Source: Laetmonice hystrix
Lineage: Eukaryota
Length of the DNA: 64,000 nt
Reading direction: 5' to 3'
Assembly: GCA_965235115.1 (NCBI GenBank)
Contig: OZ249436.1
Span: forward strand, 12,154,001-12,218,000
Part shown: positions 1-12,883 of the stretch, one piece after another
How the letters are laid out: each line of letters opens with the position of its first letter
Numbering within the stretch: the stretch's first letter is position 1
Translations under genes and position numbers: made by a program
The notes under the pieces: generated by a model
Seen by the model: only the letters and a program-made list of their open reading frames with translations
Databases searched by the model: none
Told to the model about the DNA's origin: nothing

Positions 1-123
1 TATACGGTTGACCGTTATACATCTGACCTAAGAATAATAATTTTTGGGCCGTAGTTTCAATTTGACGTATCAAAAATGAAACCATTTTTCGCTTATAATT
101 GCATTAACCTGTCTTTCGCCTAA

Positions 124-261
124 GGGTCGTAGGTGCCTGCCAGCACGGCCAGGTATACGTGGTGATTCCACCGGTAGCCGGAAGGTGGCAGTGCAGTGGC
201 AGCCGACGCTTCAGTACAGTACCCTGGTGTTTCCCTGCAACATCTCTGTAATCTTTTTTTT
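124..261 (+). ncRNA. Candidate structured small RNA (possible Pol III unit), one per monomer; no known family recognised
   Basis: TTATAA at 93-98 lies ~30 nt before GGGTCG at 124, TGACGTA at 63-69, nested pairings are visible by eye, and the block ends in a T-run (254-261). Inference only. Confidence 0.25.
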
Positions 262-510
262 AGTTGGGGATGGGATATCTGATATAAGAAAGGCGGACAA
301 GGTCATTTGCATTGTTAATTAAACATTTACGGCAAACAGCTATTTGGACTACCTGACAACGTTGTCGGGCGCTTACAGATGGTCTGTAGGGGACAGACAT
401 TTGATGGGAGTAAATGATAGACCAAACGTATGGCCTGCCTCCTGGACAATACAAGCATGGAAACATGAAACATGAAGTGTCCTTATACTACTGGCTACTG
501 TCGTATAAAA

Positions 511-730
511 GCAAACAGTACAGTGAGGCCAAAGAGTACAGGGAGGGCAAAGAGTACTGTGAGGAATCCCTGCTAACCTAGTACCCAAGCGAACACTACA
601 GTGAGGCCGAGCGCTACAGTGAGGCTAAACAGCATACTGTCGGGCCAAGCAGTGTGGGAGGCCAAACAGTACAGTGATACTCCCTACATCTTACGGCAAC
701 CCTAGTACCAGAGCAAACAGTAGAGTGAGG
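511..730 (+). repeat. Internal tract of ~9 degenerate ~18-bp subrepeats (consensus ~GCCAAACAGTACAGTGAG), present in every monomer
   Basis: GCAAACAGTACAGTGAG, GCCAAAGAGTACAGGGAG, GGCAAAGAGTACTGTGAG, GCGAACACTACAGTGAG, GCCGAGCGCTACAGTGAG, GCCAAACAGTACAGTGA, GCAAACAGTAGAGTGAG. Confidence 0.9.
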
Positions 731-778
731 CAGTGAAAATGAAAGGTACAGACGAGGAGCATCTAATGTTAAAATTTT

Positions 779-832
779 GAGAAAATACTGAAATGTGAAG
801 TATACATATCACAACCATTTCAGTATTTTCTC
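779..832. other. 17-bp perfect inverted repeat (hairpin/cruciform), one per monomer
   Basis: GAGAAAATACTGAAATG (779-795) is the reverse complement of CATTTCAGTATTTTCTC (816-832); 20-nt spacer. Confidence 0.95.
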
Positions 833-1724
833 CAAAGCGAACGTACGAGACCTATACGGTTGACCGTTATATATCTGGCCTAAGAATAATAATTTTTGGG
901 CCGTAGTTTCAATTTGACGTATTAAAAATGAAACCATTTTTCGCTTATAATAGCATTAACCTGTCTTTCGCCTAAGGGTCGCAGGTGCCTGCCAGCACGG
1001 CCAGGTATACGTGGTGATTCCACCGGTAGCCGGAAGGTGGCAGTGCAGTCGCAGCCGACGCTTCAGTACAGTACCCTGGTGTTTCCCTGCAACATCTCTG
1101 TAATCTTTTTTTAGTTGGGGATGGGATATCTGAAATAAGAAAGGCGTACAAGGTCATTTGCATTGTTAATTAAACCTTTACGGCAAACAGCTATTTAGAC
1201 TACCTGACAACGTTGTCGGGCGCTTACAGATGGTCTGTAGGGGTCAGACATATTAGATGGGAGTAAATGATAGAGCAAACGTATGGCCTGCCTCCTGGAC
1301 AATACAGGCATGGAAACATGAAACATGAAGCGTCCTTATACTACTGGCTACTGTCGTATAGAAGCAAACAGTACAGTGAGGCCAAAGAGTACAGGGAGGG
1401 CAAAGAGTACTGTGAGGAATCCCTGCTAACCTAGTACCCAAGCGAACACTACAGTGAGGCCAAGCACTACAGTGAGGCTAAACAGCATACTGTCGGGCCA
1501 AGCTAGCAGTGTGGCAGGCCAAACAGTACAGTGATACTCCCTACATCTTACGGCAACCCTAGTACCAAAGCAAACAGTACAGTGAGTCAGTGAAAATGAA
1601 AGGTACAGACGAGGAGCATCTAATATCAAATAAATATAAGATAAAATTTTGAGAAAATACTGAAATGTGAAGTATACATATCACAATCATTTCAGTATTT
1701 TCTCCAAAGCGAACGTACGAGACC

Positions 1725-4700
1725 TATACGGTTGACCGTTATACATCTGACCTAAGAATAATAATTTTTGGGCCGTAGTTTCAATTTGACGTATCAAAAA
1801 TGAAACCACTTTTCGCTTATAATTGCATTAACCTGTCTTTCGCCTAAGGGTCGCAGGTGCCTGCCAGCACGGCCAGGTATACGTGGTGATTCCACCGGTA
1901 GCTGGAAGGTGGCAGTGCAGTCGCAGCCGACGCTTCAGTACAGTACCCTGGTGTTTCCCTGCAACATCTCTGTAATCTTTTTTTAGTTGGGGATTGGATA
2001 TCTGATATAAGAAAGGCGTACAAGTTCATTTGCATTGTTAATTAAACCTTTACGGCAAACAGCTATTTGGACTACTTGACAACGTTTTCGGGCGCTTACA
2101 GATGGTCTGTAGGGGACAGACATTAGATGGGAGTAAATGATAGAGCAAACGTATGGCCTGCCTCCTGGACAATACAAGCATGGAAACATGAAACATGAAG
2201 CGTCCTTATACTACTGGCTACTGTCGTATAAAAGCAAACAGTACAGTGAGGCCAAAGAGTACAGGGAGGGCAAAGAGTACTGTGAGGAATCCCTGCTAAC
2301 CTAGTACCCAAGCGAACACTACAGTGAGCCCGAGCGCTACAGTGAGGCTAAACAGCATACTGTCGGGCCAAGCAGTGTGGGAGGCCAAACAGTACAGTGA
2401 TACTCCCTACATCTTACGGCAACCCTAGTACCAAAGCAAACAGTAGAGTGAGGCAGTGAAAATGAAAGGTACAGACGAGGAGCATCTAATGTTAAAATTT
2501 TGAGAAAATACTGAAATGTGAAGTATACATATCACAACCATTTCAGTATTTTCTCCAAAGCGAACGTACGAGACCTATACGGTTGACCGTTATACATCTG
2601 ACCTAAGAATAATAATTTTTGGGCCGTAGTTTCAATTTGACGTATCAAAAATGAAACCACTTTTCGCTTATAATTGCATTAACCTGTCTTTCGCCTAAGG
2701 GTCGCAGGTGCCTGCCAGCAGGCCAGGTATACGTGGTGATTCCACCGGTAGCCGGAAGGTGGCAGTGCAGTGGCAGCCGACGCTTCAGTACAGTACCCTG
2801 GTGTTTCCCTGCAACATCTCTGTAATCTTTTTTTAGTTGGGGATGGGATATCTGATATAAGAAAGGCGTACAAGTTCATTTCCATTGTTAATTAAACCTT
2901 TACGGCAAACAGCTATTTAGACTACCTGACAACGTTGTCGGGCGCTTACAGATGGTCTGTAGGGGACAGACATTAGATGGGAGTAAATGATGGAGCAAAC
3001 GTATGGCCTGCCTCCTGGACAATACAAGCATGGAAACATGAAACATGAAGCGTCCTTATACTACTGGCTACTGTCGTATAAAAGCAAACAGTACAGTGAG
3101 GCCAAAGAGTACAGGGAGGGCAAAGAGTACTGTGAGGAATCCCTGCTAACCTAGTACCCAAGCGAACACTACAGTGAGGCCGAGCGCTACAGTGAGGCTA
3201 AACAGCATACTGTCGGGCCAAGCTAGCAGTGTGGCAGGCCAAACAGTACAGTGATACTCCCTACATCTTACGGCAACCCTAGTACCAAAGCAAACAGTAC
3301 AGTGAGTCAGTGAAAATGAAAGGTACAGACGAGGAGCATCTAATATCAAATAAATATAAGATAAAATTTTGAGAAAATACTGAAATGTGAAGTATACATA
3401 TCACAATCATTTCAGTATTTTCTCCAAAGCGAACGTACGAGACCTATACGGTTGACCGTTATACATCTGACCTAAGAATAATAATTTTTGGGCCGTAGTT
3501 TCAATTTGACGTATCAAAAATGAAACCACTTTTCGCTTATAATTGCATTAACCTGTCTTTCGCCTAAGGGTCGCAGGTGCCTGCCAGCACGGCCAGGTAT
3601 ACGTGGTGATTCCACCGGTAGCTGGAAGGTGGCAGTGCAGTCGCAGCCGACGCTTCAGTACAGTACCCTGGTGTTTCCCTGCAACATCTCTGTAATCTTT
3701 TTTTAGTTGGGGATTGGATATCTGATATAAGAAAGGCGTACAAGTTCATTTGCATTGTTAATTAAACCTTTACGGCAAACAGCTATTTGGACTACTTGAC
3801 AACGTTTTCGGGCGCTTACAGATGGTCTGTAGGGGACAGACATTAGATGGGAGTAAATGATAGAGCAAACGTATGGCCTGCCTCCTGGACAATACAAGCA
3901 TGGAAACATGAAACATGAAGCGTCCTTATACTACTGGCTACTGTCGTATAAAAGCAAACAGTACAGTGAGGCCAAAGAGTACAGGGAGGGCAAAGAGTAC
4001 TGTGAGGAATCCCTGCTAACCTAGTCCCCAAGCGAACACTACAGTGAGCCCGAGCGCTACAGTGAGGCTAAACAGCATACTGTCGGGCCAAGCAGTGTGG
4101 GAGGCCAAACAGTACAGTGATACTCCCTACATCTTACGGCAACCCTAGTACCAAAGCAAACAGTAGAGTGAGGCAGTGAAAATGAAAGGTACAGACGAGG
4201 AGCATCTAATGTTAAAATTTTGAGAAAATACTGAAATGTGAAGTATACATATCACAACCATTTCAGTATTTTCTCCAAAGCGAACGTACGAGACCTATAC
4301 GGTTGACCGTTATACATCTGACCTAAGAATAATAATTTTTGGGCCGTAGTTTCAATTTGACGTATCAAAAATGAAACCACTTTTCGCTTATAATTGCATT
4401 AACCTGTCTTTCGCCTAAGGGTCGCAGGTGCCTGCCAGCAGGCCAGGTATACGTGGTGATTCCACCGGTAGCCGGAAGGTGGCAGTGCAGTGGCAGCCGA
4501 CGCTTCAGTACAGTACCCTGGTGTTTCCCTGCAACATCTCTGTAATCCTTTTTTAGTTGGGGATTGGATATCTGATATAAGAAAGGCGTACAAGTTCATT
4601 TCCATTGTTAATTAAACTTTTACGGCTAACAGCTATTTAGACTACCTGACAACGTTGTCGGGCGCTTACAGATGGTCTGTAGGGGACAGACATTAGATGG

Positions 4701-6884
4701 GAGTAAATGATGGAGCAAACGTATGGCCTGCCTCCTGGACAATACAAGCATGGAAACATGAAACATGAAGCGTCCTTATACTACTGGCTACTGTCGTATA
4801 AAAGCAAACAGTACAGTGAGGCCAAAGAGTACAGGGAGGGCAAAGAGTACTGTGAGGAATCCCTGCTAACCTAGTACCCAAGCGAACACTACAGTGAGGC
4901 CGAGCGCTACAGTGAGGCTAAACAGCATACTGTCGGGCCAAGCTAGCAGTGTGGGAGGCCAAACAGTACAGTGATACTCCCTACATCTTACGGCAACCCT
5001 AGTACCAAAGCAAACAGTACAGTGAGTCAGTGAAAATGAAAGGTACAGACGAGGAGCATCTAATATCAAATAAATATAAGATAAAATTTTGAGAAAATAC
5101 TGAAATGTGAAGTATACATATCACAATCATTTCAGTATTTTCTCCAAAGCGAACGTACGAGACCTATACGGTTGACCGTTATACATCTGACCTAAGAATA
5201 ATAATTTTTGGGCCGTAGTTTCAATTTGACGTATCAAAAATGAAACCACTTTTCGCTTATAATTGCATTAACCTGTCTTTCGCATAAGGGTCGCAGGTGC
5301 CTGCCAGCACGGCCAGGTATACGTGGTGATTCCACCGGTAGCTGGAAGGTGGCAGTGCAGTCGCAGCCGACGCTTCAGTACAGTACCCTGGTGTTTCCCT
5401 GCAACATCTCTGTAATCTTTTTTTAGTTGGGGATTGGATATCTGATATAAGAAAGGCGTACAAGTTCATTTGCATTGTTAATTAAACCTTTACGGCAAAC
5501 AGCTATTTGGACTACTTGACAACGTTTTCGGGCGCTTACAGATGGTCTGTAGGGGACAGACATTAGATGGGAGTAAATGATAGAGCAAACGTATGGCCTG
5601 CCTCCTGGACAATACAAGTATGGAAACATGAAACATGAAGCGTCCTTATACTACTGGCTACTGTCGTATAAAAGCAAACAGTACAGTGAGGCCAAAGAGT
5701 ACAGGGAGGGCAAAGAGTACTGTGAGGAATCCCTGCTAACCTAGTACCCAAGCGAACACTACAGTGAGCCCGAGCGCTACAGTGAGGCTAAACAGCATAC
5801 TGTCGGGCCAAGCAGTGTAGGAGGCCAAACAGTACAGTGATACTCCCTACATCTTACGGCAACCCTAGTACCAAAGCAAACAGTACAGTGAGGCAGTGAA
5901 AATGAAAGGTACAGACGAGGAGCATCTAATGTTAAAATTTTGAGAAAATACTGAAATGTGAAGTATACATATCACAACCATTTCAGTATTTTCTCCAAAG
6001 CGAACGTACGAGACCTATACGGTTGACCGTTATACATCTGACCTAAGAATAATAATTTTTGGGCCGTAGTTTCAATTTGACGTATCAAAAATGAAACCAC
6101 TTTTCGCTTATAATTGCATTAACCTGTCTTTCGCCTAAGGGTCGGAGGTGCCTGCCAGCAGGCCAGGTATACGTGGTGATTCCACCGGTAACCGGAAGGT
6201 GGCAGTGCAGTGGCAGCCGACGCTTCAGTACAGTACCCTGGTGTTTCCCTGCAACATCTCTGTAATCTTTTTTTAGTTGGGGATTGGATATCTGATATAA
6301 GAAAGGCGTACAAGTTCATTTCCATTGTTAATTAAACCTTTACGGCAAACAGCTATTTAGACTACCTGACAACGTTGTCGGGCGCTTACAGATGGTCTGT
6401 AGGGGACAGACATTAGATGGGAGTAAATGATGGAGCAAACGTATGGCCTGCCTCCTGGACAATACAAGCATGGAAACATGAAACATGAAGCGTCCTTATA
6501 CTACTGGCTACTGTCGTATAAAAGCAAACAGTACAGTGAGGCCAAAGAGTACAGGGAGGGCAAAGAGTACTGTGAGGAATCCCTGCTAACCTAGTACCCA
6601 AGCGAACACTACAGTGAGGTCGAGCGCTACAGTGAGGCTAAACAGCATACTGTCGGGCCAAGCTAGCAGTGTGGGAGGCCAAACAGTACAGTGATACTCC
6701 CTACATCTTACGGCAACCCTAGTACCAAAGCAAACAGTACAGTGAGTCAGTGAAAATGAAAGGTACAGACGAGGAGCATCTAATATCAAATAAATATAAG
6801 ATAAAATTTTGAGAAAATACTGAAATGTGAAGTATACATATCACAATCATTTCAGTATTTTCTCCAAAGCGAACGTACGAGACC
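1725..6884. repeat. Higher-order repeat: three copies of an A-B dimer (851+869 = 1720 bp)
   Basis: A-type (GCTGGAAG, ACTTGAC) alternates with B-type (CAGCA-GGCC 1-nt deletion, AGCTAGCAG, AATATCAAATAAATATAAGATAAAA insertion). ORF offsets are 1720 (e.g. 2679, 4399, 6119). Confidence 0.95.
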
Positions 6885-9800
6885 TATACGGTTGACCGTT
6901 ATACATCTGACCTAAGAATAATAATTTTTGGGCCGTAGTTTCAATTTGACGTATCAAAAATGAAACCATTTTTCGCTTATAATTGCATTAACCTATCTTT
7001 CGCCTAAGGGTCGTAGGTGCCTGCTAGCACGGCCAGGTATACGTGGTGATTCCACCGGTAGCCGGAAGGTGGCAGTGCAGTCGCAGCCGACGCTTCAGTA
7101 CAGTACCCTGGTGTTTCCCTGCAGCATCTCTGTAATCTTTTTTTTAGTTGGGGATGGGATATCTGATATAAGAAAGGCGGACTAGGTCATTTGCATTGTT
7201 AATTAAACATTTACGGCAAACAGCTATTTGGACTACCTGACAACGTTGTCGGGCGCTTACAGATGGTCTGTAGGGGACAGACATTTGATGGGAGTAAATG
7301 ATAGACCAAACGTATGGCCTGCCTCCTGGACAATACAAGCATGGAAACATGAAACATGAAGCGTCCTTATACTACTGGCTACTGTCGTATAAAAGCAAAC
7401 AGTACAGTGAGGCCAAAGAGTACATGGAGGGCAAAGAGTACTGTGAGGAATCCCTGCTAACCTAGTACCCAAGCGAACACTACAGTGAGGCCAAGCACTA
7501 CAGTGAGGCTAAACAGCATACTGTCGGGCCAAGCAGTGTGGGAGGCCAAACAGTACAGTGATACTCCCTACATCTTACGGGAACTCTAGTACCAAAGCAA
7601 AGAGTACAGTGAGGCAGTGGAAATGACACGTACAGACGAGGAGCATTTAATGTTAAAATTTTGAGAAAATACTGAAATGTGAAGTATAGGCCTACATATC
7701 ACAACCATTTCAGTATTTTCTCCAAAGCGAGCGTACGAGACCTATACGGTTGACCGTTATACATCTGGCCTAAGAATAATAATTTTTGGGCCGTAGTTTC
7801 AATTTGACGTATCAAAAATGAAACCACTTTTCGCTTATAATTGCATTAACCTGTCTTTCGCCTAAGGGTCGCAGGTGCCTGCCAGCACGGCCAGGTATAC
7901 GTGGTGATTCCACCGGTAGCTGGAAGGTGGCAGTGCAGTCGCAGCCGACGCTTCAGTACAGTACCCTGGTGTTTCCCTGCAACATCTCTGTAATCTTTTT
8001 TCAGTTGGGGATTGGATATCTGATATAAGAAAGGCGTACAAGTTCATTTGCATTGTTAATTAAACCTTTACGGCAAACAGCTATTTGGACTACTTGACAA
8101 CGTTGTCGGGCGCTTACAGATGGTCTGTAGGGGACAGACATTAGATGGGAGTAAATGATAGAGCAAACGTATGGCCTGCCTCCTGGACAATACAAGCATG
8201 GAAACATGAAACATGAAGCGTCCTTATACTACTGGCTACTGTCGTATAAAAGCAAACAGTACAGTGAGGCCAAAGAGTACAGGGAGGGCAAAGAGTACTG
8301 TGAGGAATCCCTGCTAACCTAGTACCCAAGCGAACACTACAGTGAGCCCGAGCGCTACAGTGAGGCTAAACATCATACTGTCGGGCCAAGCAGTGTGGGA
8401 GGCCAAACAGTACAGTGATACTCCCTACATCTTACGGCAACCCTAGTACCAAAGCAAACAGTAGAGTGAGGCAGTGAAAATGAAAGGTACAGACGAGGAG
8501 CATCTAATGTTAAAATTTTGAGAAAATACTGAAATGTGAAGTATACATATCACAACCATTTCAGTATTTTCTCCAAAGCGAACGTACGAGACCTATACGG
8601 TTGACCGTTATACATCTGACCTAAGAATAATAATTTTTGGGCTGTAGTTTCAATTTGACGTATCAAAAATGAAACCACTTTTCGCTTATAATTGCATTAA
8701 CCTGTCTTTCGCCTAAGGGTCGCAGGTGCCTGCCAGCAGGCCAGGTATACGTGGTGATTCCACCGGTAGCCGGAAGGTGGCAGTGCAGTGGCAGCCGACG
8801 CTTCAGTACAGTACCCTGGTGTTTCCCTGCAACATCTCTGTAATCTTTTTTTAGTTGGGGATTGGATATCTGATATAAGAAAGGCGTACAAGTTCATTTC
8901 CATTGTTAATTAAACCTTTACGGCAAACAGCTATTTAGACTACCTGACAACGTTGTCGGGCGCTTACAGATGGTCTGTAGGGGACAGACATTAGATGGGA
9001 GTAAATGATGGAGCAAACGTATGGCCTGCCTCCTGGACAATACAAGCATGGAAACATGAAACATGAAGCGTCCTTATACTACTGGCTACTGTCGTATAAA
9101 AGCAAACAGTACAGTGAGGCCAAAGAGTACAGGGAGGGCAAAGAGTACTGTGAGGAATCCCTGCTAACCTAGTACCCAAGCGAACACTACAGTGAGGCCG
9201 AGCGCTACAGTGGGGCTAAACAGCATACTGTCGGGCCAAGCTAGCAGTGTGGGAGGCCAAACAGTACAGTGATACTCCCTACATCTTACGGCAACCCTAG
9301 TACCAAAGCAAACAGTACAGTGAGTCAGTGAAAATGAAAGGTACAGACGAGGAGCATCTAATATCAAATAAATATAAGATAAAATTTTGAGAAAATACTG
9401 AAATGTGAAGTATACATATCACAATCATTTCAGTATTTTCTCCAAAGCGAACGTACGAGACCTATACGGTTGACCGTTATACATCTGACCTAAGAATAAT
9501 AATTTTTGGGCCGTAGTTTCAATTTGACGTATCAAAAATGAAACCACTTTTCGCTTATAATTGCATTAACCTGTCTTTCGCCTAAGGGTCGCAGGTGCCT
9601 GCCAGCACGGCCAGGTATACGTGGTGATTCCACCGGTAGCTGGAAGGTGGCAGTGCAGTCGCAGCCGACGCTTCAGTACAGTACCCTGGTGTTTCCCTGC
9701 AACATCTCTGTAATCTTTTTTTAGTTGGGGATTGGATATCTGATATAAGAAAGGCGTACAAGTTCATTTGCATTGTTAATTAAACCTTTACGGCAAACAG

Positions 9801-12800
9801 CTATTTGGACTACTTGACAACGTTGTCGGGCGCTTACAGATGGTCTGTAGGGGACAGACATTAGATGGGAGTAAATGATAGAGCAAACGTATGGCCTGCC
9901 TCCTGGACAATACAAGCATGGAAACATGAAACATGAAGCGTCCTTATACTACTGGCTACTGTCGTATAAAAGCAAACAGTACAGTGAGGCCAAAGAGTAC
10001 AGGGAGGGCAAAGAGTACTGTGAGGAATCCCTGCTAACCTAGTACCCAAGCGAACATTACAGTGAGGCCGAGCGCTACAGTGAGGCTAAACAGCATACTG
10101 TCGGGCCAAGCAGTGTGGGAGGCCAAACAGTACAGTGATACTCCCTACATCTTACGGCAACCCTAGTACCAAAGCAAACAGTAGAGTGAGGCAGTGAAAA
10201 TGAAAGGTACAGACGAGGAGCATCTAATGTTAAAATTTTGAGAAAATACTGAAATGTGAAGTATACATATCACAACCATTTCAGTATTTTCTCCAAAGCG
10301 AACGTACGAGACCTATACGGTTGACCGTTATACATCTGGCCTAAGAATAATAATTTTTGGGCCGTAGTTTCAATTTGACATATCAAAAATGAAACCACTT
10401 TTCGCTTATAATTGCATTAACCTGTCTTTCGCCCAAGGGTCGCAGGTGCCTGCCAGCACGGCCAGGTATACGTGGTGATTCCACCGGTAGCCGGAAGGTG
10501 GCAGTGCAGTCGCAGCCGACGCTTCAGTACAGTACCCTGGTGTTTCCCTGCAACATCTCTGTAATCTTTTTTTAGTTGGGGATGGGATATCTGAAATAAG
10601 AAAGGCGTACAAGGTCATTTGCATTGTTAATTAAACATTTACGGCAAACAGCTATTTGGACTACCTGACAACGTTGTCGGGCGCTTACAGATCGTCTGTA
10701 GGGGACAGACATATTAGATGGGAGTAAATGATAGAGCAAACGTATGGCCTGCCTCCTGGACAATACAGGCATGGAGACATGAAACATGAAGCGTCCTTAT
10801 ACTACTGGCTACTGTCGTATAGAAGCAAACAGTACAGTGAGGCCAAAGAGTACAGGGAGGGCAAAGAGTACTGTGAGGAATCCCTGCTAACCTAGTACCC
10901 AAGCGAACACTACAGTGAGGCCAAGCACTACAGTGAGGCTAAACAGCATACTGTCGGGCCAAGCAGTGTGGGAGGCCAAACAATACAGTGATACTCCCTA
11001 CATCTTACGGCAACCCTAGTAGCAAAGCAAAGAGTACAGTGAGGCAGTGGAAATGAAAGGTACAGACGAGGAGCATCTAATGTTAAAATTTTGAGAATAT
11101 ACTGAAATGTGAAGTATACAGATCACAACCATTTCAGTATTTTCTCCAAAGCGAACGTACGAGACCTATGCGGTTGACCGTTATACATCTGGCCTAAGAA
11201 TCATAATTTTGGGGCCGTAGTTTCAATTTGACGTATCAAAAATGTAGCCAATTTTCGCTTATAATTGCATTAACCTGTCTTTCGCCTAAGGGTCACATGT
11301 GCCTGCCAGCCCGGCCAGGTATACGTGGTGATTCCACCGGTAGCCGGAAGGTGGCAGTGCAGTCGTAGCCGACGCTTCAGTACAGTACCCTGGCGTTTCC
11401 CTACAACATCTCTGTAATCTTTTTTTAGTTGGGGATGGGATATCTGATACATGTATAAGAAAGGCGTACAAGGTCATTTGCATTGTTAATTAAACCTTTA
11501 CGGCAAACAGCTATTTAGACTACCTGACAACGTTGTCGGGCGCTAACAGATGGTCTGTAGTGGACAGACATTAGATGGGATTAAATCATACACCAAACGT
11601 ATGGCCTGCCTCCTGGACAATACAAGCATGGAAACATGAAACATGAAGCGTCCTTATACTACTGGCTACTGTCGTATAAAAGCAAACAGTACAGTGAGGC
11701 CAAAGAGTACAGGGAGGGCAAAGAGTACTGTGAGGAATCCCTGCTAACCTAGTACCCAAGCGAACACTACAGTGAGGCCGAGCGCTACAGTGAGGCTAAA
11801 CAGCATACTGTCGGGCCAAGCAGTGTGGGAGGCCAAACAGTACAGTGATACTCCCTACATCTTACGGCAACCCTAGTACCAAAGCAAACAGTAGAGTGAG
11901 GCAGTGAAAATGAAAGGTACAGACGAGGAGCATCTAATGTTAAAATTTTGAGAAAATACTGAAATGTGAAGTATACATATCACAACCATTTCAGTATTTT
12001 CTCCAAAGCGAACGTACGAGACCTATACGGTTGACCGTTATACATCTGACCTAAGAATAATAATCTTTGGGCCGTAGTTTCAATTTGACGTATCAAAAAT
12101 GAAACCACTTTTCGCTTATAATTGCATTAACCTGTCTTTCGCCTAAGGGTCGCAGGTGCCTGCCAGCACGGCCAGGTATACGTGGTGATTCCACCGGTAG
12201 CCGGAAGGTGGCAGTGCAGTCGCAGCCGACGCTTCAGTACAGTACCCTGGTGTTTCCCTGCAACATCTCTGTAATCTTTTTTTTAGTTGGGGATGGGATA
12301 TCTGAAATAAGAAAGGCGTACAAGGTCATTTGCATTGTTAATTAAACATTTACGGCAAACAGCTATTTGGACTACCTGACAACGTTGTCGGGCGCTTACA
12401 GATGGTCTGTAGGGGACAGACATATTAGATGGGAGTAAATGATAGAGCAAACGTATGGCCTGCCTCCTGGACAATATAGGCATGGAAACATGAAACATGA
12501 AGCGTCCTTATACTACTGGCTACTGTCGTATAGAAGCAAACAGTACAGTGAGGCCAAAGAGTACAGGGAGGGCAAAGAGTACTGTGAGGAATCCCTGCTA
12601 ACCTAGTACCCAAGCGAACACTACAGTGAGGCCAAGCACTACAGTGAGGCTAAACAGCATACTATCGGGCCAAGCAGTGTGGGAGGCCAAACAATACAGT
12701 GATACTCCCTACATCTTACGGGAACTCTAGTACCAAAGCAAAGAGTACAGTGAGGCAGTGGAAATGACACGTACAGACGAGGAGCATTTAATGTTAAAAT

Positions 12801-12883
12801 TTTGAGAAAATACTGAAATGTGAAGTATAGGCCTACATATCACAACCATTTCAGTATTTTCTCCAAAGCGAGCGTACGAGACC

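Noticed and set aside
511..730. CRISPR-like repeat-spacer appearance
   Set aside because: The repeats are degenerate and mostly adjacent, spacers are identical between monomers, there are no cas genes, and the context is eukaryotic.
1..852. Monomer as 5S rRNA, tRNA, U snRNA, 7SL or histone repeat
   Set aside because: No recognisable match by eye. GCCTAAGG…CGGCCAGGT only faintly echoes 7SL.
1..852. Retrozyme (hammerhead, HDV-like or twister ribozyme) in the monomer
   Set aside because: No CTGANGA core on either strand. The GCGAA motifs lack a compatible HDV P1/P3/L3 arrangement, and no twister core was found by eye.
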